A program made the translations under genes and the position numbers. Under the pieces are notes generated by a model. It saw only the letters and a program-made list of their open reading frames with translations. It searched no databases and was not told where the DNA came from. This document shows positions 1-9,336 of a stretch of DNA of 54,835 nt, one piece after another (positions within the stretch are counted from its first letter, which is position 1; each line of letters starts with the position of its first letter). The stretch comes from a virus (Duplodnaviria > Caudoviricetes). The stretch is taken from positions 1 to 54,835 of IMG/VR virus record IMGVR_UViG_3300029448_000055. One strand, given 5' to 3'.

Positions 1-1100
1 GTGCTTTCTATAATTACTGCATCACCAGAACCTGTAGTAGATACTGTCAAAGGTGCAGATGGACTTGAAGTACCTATGCCTAATCCTGTTGAGTCTATGA
101 TTGCTCGTTCAGTACCACCAGTATCAAACCTGATTTTATCTTCGTCTGAGCTTTCTTCTACTTGTACTTTAGTATCGCCATCGGCATCAGAAAGTTGAGT
201 AGCTGTATTAATATTAGTCTGTGTTAGCGTTATGGCCTCTACCTTAGAGCCATTCGGTGGCGCTTCTGAAAACGTTAAGGTGGTGCCAGACACAGCAAAG
301 GTGTCTTTATTTTGATAAACCCCATCAATATAAACCTGGACATTGTTCTCGTTTATTGGATCTGCGGCCAAAGTTAAAGTGGTATCACTACCATCACCAT
401 CCATAGTTGAAATAGTAACGTTGTTACCAGAGACTGCGGACTTAACTGAATAAGCAGTAATAACTCTACTGTTCGCTGGAGCTGTACTAAAAGTTAAGGT
501 GGTGCCGGAAACACTATATGAGTTATGAGCCTGGAAGACACCATCAATAAAAACAAATAAATCGTTTTCGTTTTCTATTGATTGCGATAAGGTAAAAGTA
601 GTATCAGAACCATCCCCAGCAAAAATATCGGTAGAAAAAGTATTGGATCCGCCTAACGCGTTCCAAGCTGATGAGTAACCTTCAAACCGACCTGTACTAG
701 TATTGTAACGAAAGTCTCCAGCCGCAGCTGAACTAGATCTTTGTGCGGTAGTACCTGTGGGTATATTTACAGCAGTGTCAAATTCACGAATCGTTTTAGC
801 AGCTGGTAGTGTGCAAAAAACATCTTTAGTACCTGCACTAAAATCAACAGCACTATCGCTGTTAGAACTAGATAAGATTGTGGTACGGGAAAGCGTATCG
901 GGTGAGGCATCTGTAACAGTACCAATACCTACTTCAAACTCGGCAGTAGTTTGTCCAGCGATACAATAGTAAGTAGAATTACTGTTACCAACTCCAGCAA
1001 CAAAAGTTTCAAAACCTGTTGCTGCGCCACCAAGGTTAACAGTACCGGTTCCCGTAGTGGTGGTAGTCTCCTTTACTCTGTCGTTAAGGACGAAAGCCAC
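1..1100 (-). CDS. Tail fibre/tail structural protein, N-terminal part (runs off the left end; not in the ORF track)
   Basis: AGGAGG RBS then GTG at 1100; reads MAFVLNDRVKETTTTTGTGTVNLGGAATGFETF..., has two GDGSDTTxTL...IDGVxQ...VSGTTLTFS repeats and ERAIIDSTGLGIGTSSP; open to position 1. Confidence 0.85.
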   Translation of the reverse strand, partial: MAFVLNDRVKETTTTTGTGTVNLGGAATGFETFVAGVGNSNSTYYCIAGQTTAEFEVGIGTVTDASPDTLSRTTILSSSNSDSAVDFSAGTKDVFCTLPAAKTIREFDTAVNIPTGTTAQRSSSAAAGDFRYNTSTGRFEGYSSAWNALGGSNTFSTDIFAGDGSDTTFTLSQSIENENDLFVFIDGVFQAHNSYSVSGTTLTFSTAPANSRVITAYSVKSAVSGNNVTISTMDGDGSDTTLTLAADPINENNVQVYIDGVYQNKDTFAVSGTTLTFSEAPPNGSKVEAITLTQTNINTATQLSDADGDTKVQVEESSDEDKIRFDTGGTERAIIDSTGLGIGTSSPSAPLTVSTTGSGDAVIIES

Positions 1101-1113
1101 AATGCTTTCCTCC

Positions 1114-1542
1114 TTACGCTATTCTGATAATAGCAGTAGAGGCAGCAGCAGCTGGGAAAACTATTGTAAAGTCACCAGCAGTTGAAGTTTTGTCTCCACC
1201 AAAATCAATGGTAGCTACTGATTTGTTACTATCAGTTGAGTTGTAAATCATACAGCCTCTAGCAGTAACAGTAGCAGTACCGAAAGTTAAATCTGAAAAA
1301 TCAGTAAAACCTGTAGTTCCGCCAGTAGTTGGATCCACTCTAGTTAGGTTTGAACCTCCTGAAGTATAGTTAGTACCTGAAGCTTGACCAGTTGTAACGA
1401 AAGCAGTTGTAGTTGCACCAAGTGTTGCAGAACTAGTGTACAAAGCTAACTTAAAAGTATCGCCGCCTGAGTTTTTAAAGTTGTGTACAGCTTCAAGTAA
1501 CTCTTTCTTGAAACTAGTTGTCAATGTAGATGTAATTGCCAT
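1114..1542 (-). CDS. Virion structural (tail) protein
   Basis: T/S/G-rich, FKLALYTS motif typical of phage tail-associated proteins; in the structural operon. Confidence 0.7.
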   Translation of the reverse strand: MAITSTLTTSFKKELLEAVHNFKNSGGDTFKLALYTSSATLGATTTAFVTTGQASGTNYTSGGSNLTRVDPTTGGTTGFTDFSDLTFGTATVTARGCMIYNSTDSNKSVATIDFGGDKTSTAGDFTIVFPAAAASTAIIRIA

Positions 1543-1543
1543 G

Positions 1544-1843
1544 TTATATCCTTTTAATAATTTTTGCTAAGTCTTCATCGCCAGCTTCAATCAGCTCTTG
1601 AATCAAACTAGCTTTGTAAGATTTTATAGCATTTTTAATGTAAATCAAACAAACTTCTCTAATTGCGTCTCGATAGGCTTTTGCTTGCTCATTAATATGT
1701 GGCTCTTTAGTTTCCGAGTAACCTACTATTTTTTCAGTTAGCCGATCTGCCCAGTAATCTGGAGGGTGGCCACCAAAGTTTGTAGTTGCTACTTCAACAA
1801 CTCCCAATGCTGGCATTCCATCTGGAGTTATTTTTATTACCAT
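1544..1843 (-). CDS. Hypothetical phage protein
   Basis: 99 aa ORF tightly packed with neighbours. Confidence 0.7.
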   Translation of the reverse strand: MVIKITPDGMPALGVVEVATTNFGGHPPDYWADRLTEKIVGYSETKEPHINEQAKAYRDAIREVCLIYIKNAIKSYKASLIQELIEAGDEDLAKIIKRI

Positions 1844-2601
1844 TTTTTAGGTTCGTTTTTTCTATCGTTTATTAAATCGTTCATGTTTATTTTTTCGTCT
1901 TCGTTTCTGCCAACCAAGGTAGGTTCTGGCGTATAACTTTTATTTTCAAAGTCGCTTGTTTTTTTAACTGAAAGTTTTTTTTCTTGTTCGTCGTAAACTG
2001 GTATTAAAGGATCTGCTAAACGATGATAACCATAAAGTTTTTCATCATCTGGTACAGCTGTATCTAATAGATAAGAAGTTGCGGCCACACCAACTTCAAT
2101 GCCTTCTTTCATACAAAGTGCTAACCAATATTCACAACAAGCTCTACCAGCTTCAGCAAAATACAAATTACCTTTGTAACCAAAATCTATGCCAAATAAA
2201 TGTATAGCACCAACTTTATGCCAAAAAGCAAAAGCAATAGCATAAGCCACCGTATTGTTTAAATAATGACAATTGGTTTCTTCGAGTATTTCTTTGATTG
2301 GATATTCAACCAAGCCTGGACATCTTTCATCTAACTCACAAGTATAAATAGGGCCTTGATGTTTTTTTAACATTTCTTGCGCGCCTTCAGTTTGAAAACC
2401 AGCATCATCAGTATCAAAAAATCTTGAAGCTGGGTCCATCATAAAAACACGATCATGATAAATAACATTACCAACAGCATTGATTACCCAAATCTCATCA
2501 AACTTAGTACCATTGGTTCTAGCTAAAGCAAATTCAAACCAACTTTTGCCTAAGCCTACGATGGCAATTTTCTTGCCCTCTAAATCTTTTATTTTTTCCA
2601 T
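1837..2601 (-). CDS. Putative glycosyltransferase-like protein (sialyltransferase/Maf-like Rossmann fold)
   Basis: IAIVGLGKS, WVINA, FMMD and IHLFGIDF motifs resemble GT42/GT29/Maf-type enzymes. Confidence 0.5.
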   Translation of the reverse strand: MEKIKDLEGKKIAIVGLGKSWFEFALARTNGTKFDEIWVINAVGNVIYHDRVFMMDPASRFFDTDDAGFQTEGAQEMLKKHQGPIYTCELDERCPGLVEYPIKEILEETNCHYLNNTVAYAIAFAFWHKVGAIHLFGIDFGYKGNLYFAEAGRACCEYWLALCMKEGIEVGVAATSYLLDTAVPDDEKLYGYHRLADPLIPVYDEQEKKLSVKKTSDFENKSYTPEPTLVGRNEDEKINMNDLINDRKNEPKKW

Positions 2602-3275
2602 TAAGTTACTTGTGATCTTAACGAATCGTAACGATATTCGTCTCTCCTACCTCTTGCTTCTGCTCTGTTTTTTAATCTAGAAATTTCTTGTTGAAATCTA
2701 TTTTCATATAAAGTTATCAAATCTGGTTCGCCTTTTAAAAAAGTGTAAGCTTCTACCAAGGCTCCATACAATAAAGTATTTCTAGCGTTGGTTGATAGCC
2801 AGGTGCCAGTGGTATCAGTAACTAAACTAGTTGGTCTGTATAAATAGTGTAACTCGACACTGTAGTTTGCATCTGGCACTGGAGCAACAATAATAGTTGA
2901 ACCACTATTAGATCCTGAAGATAATTCTTTATCAAAGTCTGCGTAGTATAAAGGCTTGGATCTCAAACTAGTATCAGAAACATCAACACTATATTCTTGC
3001 ATAAAGCTTGAATGTTTCTTTAGTAAAAATTCATAGTCATTATTAGCATCAATAACTGCTAGAGAAAAACTACTAATAAAATCAGTTGGACAAGTTAAAA
3101 ATCTATTACCAGCAACTAGATTACCTTGCACATTTTTTCTAAAATAATCTGATTGTACTAATTCAAATATTCTATCTTCAGCATTTTTAACAAAGTCAGG
3201 AATAGTACTGGTAAAAGTTGTTTCAGTACTCTCACAAAAATTTTGAATTAGTGTTGTTAGTTCTGCGTAAGTCAT
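2601..3275 (-). CDS. Head-tail adaptor / tail tubular protein
   Basis: MTYAEL...AEDRI start, APVPDANY and LLYGALVEAY motifs typical of adaptors; position downstream of capsid. Confidence 0.7.
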   Translation of the reverse strand: MTYAELTTLIQNFCESTETTFTSTIPDFVKNAEDRIFELVQSDYFRKNVQGNLVAGNRFLTCPTDFISSFSLAVIDANNDYEFLLKKHSSFMQEYSVDVSDTSLRSKPLYYADFDKELSSGSNSGSTIIVAPVPDANYSVELHYLYRPTSLVTDTTGTWLSTNARNTLLYGALVEAYTFLKGEPDLITLYENRFQQEISRLKNRAEARGRRDEYRYDSLRSQVT

Positions 3276-3577
3276 GTCGTAATTGTAACATCCCCAATAG
3301 AGGCTGTTAATTTATTTCCCTTGATTTCAGATCCTATAGGGTCTTCAGTTGTTGTTACTTTACCTTCGTTTACTTCAAAGTCAGTATTTGGTCTAGGATC
3401 TAATAAAGCTTCAGCATCAGCAACATGTCTTTGTGGATCCAATTGTGGATGTTTAGGACTCCATTGATCTGGGCCAACTAATAAACCGTCCCAAGTTTTT
3501 TTCATATCTTTTAATTTATAACGAAAACCACTTATGTCACATATTCCATAAGCGTATTTACCTGATGTCTTAGCCAT
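3272..3577 (-). CDS. Phage structural-operon protein
   Basis: GKYAYGICDISGFRY...KHPQL motif; ATGA overlap with the next gene. Confidence 0.65.
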   Translation of the reverse strand: MAKTSGKYAYGICDISGFRYKLKDMKKTWDGLLVGPDQWSPKHPQLDPQRHVADAEALLDPRPNTDFEVNEGKVTTTEDPIGSEIKGNKLTASIGDVTITT

Positions 3578-4248
3578 TAGTAACCCTGGGTGTAAGGTAC
3601 TATTCTTAATGAGGCTCGATCTCCGTCTTGATCGGCTGCTCTTCTAAATTCTTCTTCGTATATTTCTTTTAATGGTAGAGTTCTTTCTGGGGCTCGTTTC
3701 ATTGATAAGTAGTAAGCTAAACCTGCAACAAAGCAAGGATAAAAACGAAAAGGCATGTCCATGGTGTCGATAGCTGAATCAGCATCGTCCATTCTAACTA
3801 TTTTATTAAATACCAATACATCCGTAGAGTTCTCTGGTGCTGGCCATATCTTTAAAACTGGAGTATTTAATTTATCTAAAAAGAATTGTGTTGGTCTAGC
3901 TTTAGTAGTTTTATTTGGAATGTTGGTATATTCACTGCGACTAACTCTATCCATACTAATATCGGTTTGTACTTGATTGGTTGTTCTTCTAACTACTACA
4001 TCAAGAACATCAATGATGTTGGCATTTAAAGTGTAATCAGTTGTACCTTCAGTAACAGTTTGTGTTGCTTGTTCTATAGTCCACTGATTCAAGCCACGAT
4101 TGGCCCATTCGGCTAACATTAAATTAATAGATCTTCTAGCTGTTTTTAAGTCGTAACCTGTTCTTAATTCTACGCCACAACGTTCGAACGCTTCTTCAAT
4201 AAACTCGGTAACGTTTGGTTCAAAATTAGTACTACCTGAAGTTGCCAT
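3577..4248 (-). CDS. Head-tail adaptor / tail tubular protein A-like
   Basis: IEEAFERCG, WANRGLNQW, WPAPE and GLAYYLS motifs; neck position. Confidence 0.7.
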   Translation of the reverse strand: MATSGSTNFEPNVTEFIEEAFERCGVELRTGYDLKTARRSINLMLAEWANRGLNQWTIEQATQTVTEGTTDYTLNANIIDVLDVVVRRTTNQVQTDISMDRVSRSEYTNIPNKTTKARPTQFFLDKLNTPVLKIWPAPENSTDVLVFNKIVRMDDADSAIDTMDMPFRFYPCFVAGLAYYLSMKRAPERTLPLKEIYEEEFRRAADQDGDRASLRIVPYTQGY

Positions 4249-4929
4249 TTAATCATCCTCGTCATATAAATTATTGAAAGTTATCTTTGGATCTAAATAA
4301 CTTTCGTGTCCTTCAGCTGAGTGAACCCATTGTGATGGCATAAAATTTGGAGCACCTTCTCCAGTTCGCCATAAGGCTGGGCTTGTTGCTCTAACTCTAT
4401 TGTTAGGTAAAGCAACAAAGTTGCCTGTCCACTTGCCAGCGTCAGTTAAATATAACACATGTGATTGTTTATGTTGAGCGGGATCATCAGCTATTTCGTT
4501 GTTTGTATAATCAACTGTAAATAAATATTTGCCCGTATAGAACTCGCCATCTATTTTACAAACCCAAGGACTAGAGCTGACTCGATCCATAATGATTACT
4601 GAGTGATCTCTTGATTCACAATCCCAAGGTTGAGCAATGTGATCTTCCATTGGCTCTGGCCATTGTTCTACTGGGATATCGGCAACCAATGCTTGAATGG
4701 GCATTCTAGCCCACATAGCACCGCCATGGATGTTGCCCTCTTGCCAATCTTCGTCATCAATTTCACAACCAGTAAATACTACCTGGAAAGATAAAGATCG
4801 ATCTGGAATGGTGTTAACAGCAATAGCATAGGCATGAATAAACTCACCATGATAATCGGTATGATTACAGGTGAACTCTCTCCTTACCCAACACCTAAAA
4901 TATGGGACGTTACTAATTAAGTTTGGCAC
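4249..4929 (-). CDS. Hypothetical phage protein
   Basis: 226 aa, W/H-rich, abutting neighbours. Confidence 0.75.
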   Translation of the reverse strand: MPNLISNVPYFRCWVRREFTCNHTDYHGEFIHAYAIAVNTIPDRSLSFQVVFTGCEIDDEDWQEGNIHGGAMWARMPIQALVADIPVEQWPEPMEDHIAQPWDCESRDHSVIIMDRVSSSPWVCKIDGEFYTGKYLFTVDYTNNEIADDPAQHKQSHVLYLTDAGKWTGNFVALPNNRVRATSPALWRTGEGAPNFMPSQWVHSAEGHESYLDPKITFNNLYDEDD

Positions 4930-4932
4930 TAA

Positions 4933-5181
4933 TTATTTTATATTTTTTGCTGCTTTTTTATTTCTTTTTCTGGTTTTAGAAGCTAATACAGTTCTAGCAT
5001 ACGCTCCTAATTTGCCTCCAGCTTTTTTAGCTACACCACCTTTGGCGTACCCTTTAGTACCTTTAGCCATGCCACCTTTGGCATAACCCTTAGTTTTTTT
5101 TGACATACCGCCTTTAGCGTAGCCTTTGGTTTTTTTTGCCATGCCACCCATGGCGTAACCTTTTGTTTTTTTATAAACCAT
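4933..5181 (-). CDS. Small basic protein with tandem KKTKGYAKGGM repeats
   Basis: Four 12-aa repeats; K-rich; AGAGGTG RBS. Confidence 0.8.
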   Translation of the reverse strand: MVYKKTKGYAMGGMAKKTKGYAKGGMSKKTKGYAKGGMAKGTKGYAKGGVAKKAGGKLGAYARTVLASKTRKRNKKAAKNIK

Positions 5182-5191
5182 TTAACACCTC

Positions 5192-5599
5192 TTATGCGTA
5201 AGTTTTAACTAACTCTAAAATTATCGAATAAGTGTTACCACTACTAGCACTAACTGTAGTGAAATCTATATCACCAGTTTTACCAGATCCTGCGTTGTTT
5301 GGGATCCCAGTAAATACTTCGTCGTAATACTCATCGCCTGTGCTATCTGCTGGTAGGCCAGTTATCAAGACATTGGTAGAAGCATCAAATTCGATGTTTA
5401 CTCCCATGCCTCGACAAGCCCACCAAATCTTAGCTACTTTAACACCAGTGCAAGCAGCACCTTGGCTATTAGAAGCTAAAGCAGATACATCGACTTTTTT
5501 TACTGCCGATTCACCACTGCCATCGCTGACATTGGTGAATTTTAAAATTGCGATCCTATCACCATCGGCTATGGTTTGTGACGTTACTGTATCAGCCAT
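5192..5599 (-). CDS. Virion structural protein
   Basis: 135 aa, S/T/G-rich, RBS GGAG, in capsid operon. Confidence 0.65.
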   Translation of the reverse strand: MADTVTSQTIADGDRIAILKFTNVSDGSGESAVKKVDVSALASNSQGAACTGVKVAKIWWACRGMGVNIEFDASTNVLITGLPADSTGDEYYDEVFTGIPNNAGSGKTGDIDFTTVSASSGNTYSIILELVKTYA

Positions 5600-5612
5600 A
5601 ATTTACTCCTGA

Positions 5613-6119
5613 TTATGCGTCAGCAAATGGTGTAACTATAGTGCCTGAGCCTAAGATTAAACCTTCGACAGCATATTTGTTATCAGCGATTGCAGTAACT
5701 TTTACGATACTACCAGCTAATCCGCCTTTAGTAGAACCGTTCATAGTAATGACATCATTAGAAGCGCCAGAGATAAAAGTTTTACCTGTAGCATCGTCTA
5801 CACCTGTGTAGAGACCACCAACAAATTTGTCAGTGCCATCAGTCAAGATGTCCATATCAGTCGCTGCTGTTTCTACTACAAAGAAATAAGTAGCCCCTAA
5901 ATTATTTAATTGATTAGGATCTGTAGGATCGCTAGGACTAGTTGCTACGATGGTAGGTAAAGTAAATTTACCATCAGCGTCGTTAGTCGTTAAAATTTTA
6001 CCAGCGTGAGCTTCAACAGTTAAAGTTGTGTCTGCCGTCAGACTGACTACTGATGAACTACCAGCTGAGATAAATCCAGCAAGTGATTTTACTGGTCCTG
6101 AGAATGTGCTTTTTGCCAT
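5613..6119 (-). CDS. Capsid-associated (decoration/fibre-like) protein
   Basis: MAKSTFSGPV start directly downstream of major capsid; GGAGG RBS. Confidence 0.6.
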   Translation of the reverse strand: MAKSTFSGPVKSLAGFISAGSSSVVSLTADTTLTVEAHAGKILTTNDADGKFTLPTIVATSPSDPTDPNQLNNLGATYFFVVETAATDMDILTDGTDKFVGGLYTGVDDATGKTFISGASNDVITMNGSTKGGLAGSIVKVTAIADNKYAVEGLILGSGTIVTPFADA

Positions 6120-6210
6120 AATTTCCTCCGTTGGAAATAAGTTTTATAGTCTTGGCTTGTCTGCTAGGTCAGTCTATAAAACAATTGTTATCCTAGTGCT
6201 TTCGATTATA
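6120..6210 (-). promoter_or_regulatory. Extended -10 promoter (TGtTATAAT) and structured 5' leader
   Basis: Minus strand: TATAAT at 6210-6205; GTTTTATAG/CTATAAAAC stem, inner CTG/CAG hairpin, ATTTCC/GGAAAT hairpin overlapping the RBS. Confidence 0.5.
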
Positions 6211-6212
6211 AC

Positions 6213-6243
6213 AAAAAAAAAGGGGTAAACAACGTTTACCCCC
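6213..6243 (-). terminator. Rho-independent terminator after major capsid gene
   Basis: GGGGTAAAC/GTTTACCCC 9-bp stem followed by a T9 run on the minus strand. Confidence 0.85.
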
Positions 6244-6302
6244 TATTTTAATCTCACTGAGTTATAAAGTAGAGATTAAGACTTCTTTAAGATCTGTTAG
6301 AA

Positions 6303-7211
6303 CTATGCTCCTGGTGAGCCAAAGATCGCTCTTGGATTAGAAAATCCAAAAGAATATCTTTCTCTCGCCTTGAAACGCATGTTGCCAGTATCGAAATCAC
6401 CTTCCATTGCAGTTGACAAAGGAGTTCTTTCAAAATGTTTAAACCCATCAGGGCAATCAGTTTTGATAAAGAACGCATCTGTATCTGTTAAGAAGTGATT
6501 TACGACGTAGCCTTCAGGAACCATACCCATGTTTCTTACTGCATTGATATCGTTATCTGAAGTGCCAACTCTTCCTGGAGTGTCCATAAGCCTATCAGCA
6601 ACAAACTGTAGATTTGTAGGAACGATAAGTTTCATACCTCTAAGAGCCAAGATCATGTCTCGGTCATCTTTGAAGTTAGCTATATCGATCAATGAATTTT
6701 CTAATGAAGTTTCATTCAAATCAGCAGCTGTGCTTAGCTCATTGGATAACGTGCCACCACTAGCTAGTGGGTGGTCAGTAGCACAAAGCTCCTTACCATC
6801 ACCACCAGTAAAACTAGAATTAAAGGCGTTGTTTAAGATTGATGCAGCTTTAACTTGTTTTGTGTGAGCCATACTTCTAGCTAATGCTTTAGTATATCTC
6901 GCACCAAGTCTGTCATATAAGTTATCTTCGATAGCTTCCTCAGTAAGAGCAAATGCTAAAGCAATTGTCTCATGAGTGTATCTAGCACTATATGACTCTG
7001 AAGCCGTATCAAAACTTACGCCTTGGCCTTCTACTTTTGTAGGGGCGTTACCAAAACCAACGAGTAATACATCTTCTTCAAACGCTCTGTCTGAAGAAAC
7101 TGTGTCGTAGATTTCGGCGTGCTCGTTTTCGTATCTTTGATACTCCATTCCGAAAAGCGCGTTCAAACCAGGCTCTAATTCTTTCGCTAATTGTGCTCTA
7201 GATATTGCCAT
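6303..7211 (-). CDS. Major capsid protein
   Basis: MAISRAQLAKELEPGLNALFGMEY..., EDNLY, DFDTGNMRFKARERYSFG; followed by a strong terminator. Confidence 0.9.
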   Translation of the reverse strand: MAISRAQLAKELEPGLNALFGMEYQRYENEHAEIYDTVSSDRAFEEDVLLVGFGNAPTKVEGQGVSFDTASESYSARYTHETIALAFALTEEAIEDNLYDRLGARYTKALARSMAHTKQVKAASILNNAFNSSFTGGDGKELCATDHPLASGGTLSNELSTAADLNETSLENSLIDIANFKDDRDMILALRGMKLIVPTNLQFVADRLMDTPGRVGTSDNDINAVRNMGMVPEGYVVNHFLTDTDAFFIKTDCPDGFKHFERTPLSTAMEGDFDTGNMRFKARERYSFGFSNPRAIFGSPGA

Positions 7212-7223
7212 GTGTTAAACCTC

Positions 7224-7811
7224 TTACGCTAATCCAGCGCTTTTCTGACCCATAACGTGATTCTGAATAACCACAATGACGTTAGTGCCAACGCTAGACG
7301 TATCGGAATTTTCTGGATCTTGAGAAATATCAATAGCTTTCAACGGTAAAGTCGCTGTCGTATTACCAGTTGATGTGTCTAATTGCATATTAGAAGTTCC
7401 AGATTTAGTATCACCAACAGGTGATGATTCTACGACATCAAAATTACCAAACAAATCAGTGACGGGGAAAGCCTCGTCCGATTGAATGCTAAATTCGACC
7501 ATAGGATCATCAATTATGTTAGCAACGATGTCGCTTGCAGCAATACTACCAGGATAATAGTTTTTAAATACTTGTTCACCAGTCGTAGGGTCAGTATATG
7601 AAACACCATTAAAGACACCAACGATAGGTACAGTACCACTTGCAGCATGTCTGCCTATAGTTCCGCCAGTGAGTTGAGTTACCAAATCACCTTGGAAAAT
7701 AGCAGTAGTCGCGCCACTCGCGATTCTGTATCTTTGTTGGCCACCAGTATATGGGGCTCCACCGACTTTACGGACAGGAACTAGACCTATTTTTGTAGTT
7801 TCGTTTGCCAT
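7224..7811 (-). CDS. Capsid cement / minor capsid protein
   Basis: IFQGDLV, GVFNGVSYTDPTTG motifs; immediately upstream of major capsid. Confidence 0.65.
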   Translation of the reverse strand: MANETTKIGLVPVRKVGGAPYTGGQQRYRIASGATTAIFQGDLVTQLTGGTIGRHAASGTVPIVGVFNGVSYTDPTTGEQVFKNYYPGSIAASDIVANIIDDPMVEFSIQSDEAFPVTDLFGNFDVVESSPVGDTKSGTSNMQLDTSTGNTTATLPLKAIDISQDPENSDTSSVGTNVIVVIQNHVMGQKSAGLA

Positions 7812-7854
7812 GTTTTTTCGACGTTAAATTCCAAACGGTTAATATTAAGAGATA

Positions 7855-8325
7855 CTATTTAGTACCTCCACCAAATGTTACCTTGCTCTTTCTATCTCTA
7901 GAGATAGGCATAGCAGGATTTTCTTCACGCATTAAGTCGTTATCTACAGCTGTCATTTGATTTGCAGTTTGTTGTTGATAATACTGATCTCGTTGTTCGA
8001 CAACATCTTCGTCTATTTTGCAGAGTATCAACCCACCGACACCGACAACCCCAGCATGACGACCTTCATCAATTGTAGGGTAATCGTAACCAGGAACCTC
8101 TTCCGGTCTGACTGGCTCCCAACCTTCTCTAAATCTTTTAGAGACGTTGCTTCGATCATCAAAACCTAGGACCTCAGCTCTGATCCAACGATACTTAACC
8201 CCAGGGGGTGGATCATTTGGAACAGCGAGCATACTTGGGGGAGCCCAAGGTTGCTTAGCTTTTTTAGTTGCCCTAGTTTCTTCCGATCTAGGAGTTTTGT
8301 TTACTTTTTTAGTTTCCTTATTCAC
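7855..8325 (-). CDS. Head morphogenesis-associated protein
   Basis: WAPPSML, YRWIR, EGWEPV, GGLILCKI motifs; between scaffold and capsid genes. Confidence 0.65.
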   Translation of the reverse strand: MNKETKKVNKTPRSEETRATKKAKQPWAPPSMLAVPNDPPPGVKYRWIRAEVLGFDDRSNVSKRFREGWEPVRPEEVPGYDYPTIDEGRHAGVVGVGGLILCKIDEDVVEQRDQYYQQQTANQMTAVDNDLMREENPAMPISRDRKSKVTFGGGTK

Positions 8326-9326
8326 GATTTTTGTAACCTCGCTTTTTGTATTGCGTAATCTTTAAATGAAACGCCTAAACGTTTCGCCAATCTTTGCTCG
8401 CTTGGAGAAAGCTCCACTCGATTACTAGGTTTGCGTCCACTTGATGTAGTGCGTGATGGTGAAGCAACCGTCTGGACGGGTTTTTGGTCAGCTTCCACGT
8501 TTTTAAATTTGTTAGGCAATTCTTGTTTTAGCCTATCGTCGAGTTCATTGTAGTACTCATCTGAATTTAAATCAAAACCTTCGTTCGCCAAATTCTCATG
8601 AATTGATAAAGCAACGTTGGTCATAATACGATCTTGCCCAAACCAATCGTTCTTACTAGCCCAAGATTGTGCCTTGGGTGAGGGTTGAGCATACTCATCA
8701 ATTTCTGGTTGTTCTTCAGAAATTGGCAGTTCTTCTGCTGGAGAAGTTTGAATATTATCCATTCTGGATCTTGCTTCACTTGCTTCAATGTATTTCTTTT
8801 CAGCAATGGCAGTACTCAAAGCTTCAGTTGCTCTAGCGATTGAATCAGCATCGTTAGACTCAATGGCCTGTTTGTGTGCTTGTTTCGCTAGTTCAATTGC
8901 AGCTTCAGTCTCGCCTTTACGACTTTCAAACATATCTTTTTCAAAAGTCTGTTTGCTGGCTTTTAGTAAATCGTTTTCTTCTTTCAGAGTTTTAGCATAT
9001 TGTACTGCCATCAACTCACGACGTTGAAAATCTTTGGCTTGTGCTACTGCTTTGTTAATTCTATTTTGAGCAACAGCAGCTTTTTTCTCTACTTCAGATT
9101 TTTCTTTAGTATCTTCAATAACTTTGGGACTAGTCTCAAAATTTTCTTGAATCGTATCTTCTTGCAGAGGCTTCAAGCCATCCTTGTTTTCTTCCAACTC
9201 AATGTATTTAGTTTCTTCAGAAGTCTCTTCGTCTGCTCTTTTGCCAACTGGCATAGCAGCTTTTTCAATTTGCTCTTCAGAAATATCTGGAAGTTCGTAT
9301 TCTTGTCTCTGTTCTTGTTCAGCCAT
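8322..9326 (-). CDS. Capsid scaffolding protein
   Basis: Acidic coiled-coil protein, W..KN.WFG motif, C-terminal LSPSEQRLAKRLGVSFKDYA helix. Confidence 0.75.
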   Translation of the reverse strand: MAEQEQRQEYELPDISEEQIEKAAMPVGKRADEETSEETKYIELEENKDGLKPLQEDTIQENFETSPKVIEDTKEKSEVEKKAAVAQNRINKAVAQAKDFQRRELMAVQYAKTLKEENDLLKASKQTFEKDMFESRKGETEAAIELAKQAHKQAIESNDADSIARATEALSTAIAEKKYIEASEARSRMDNIQTSPAEELPISEEQPEIDEYAQPSPKAQSWASKNDWFGQDRIMTNVALSIHENLANEGFDLNSDEYYNELDDRLKQELPNKFKNVEADQKPVQTVASPSRTTSSGRKPSNRVELSPSEQRLAKRLGVSFKDYAIQKARLQKS

Positions 9327-9336
9327 ATAATTTTAC

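Noticed and set aside
6287-6478. Frameshift extension of the major capsid protein
   Set aside because: The alternative frame ends only 16 nt past the capsid stop and no convincing slippery site was seen
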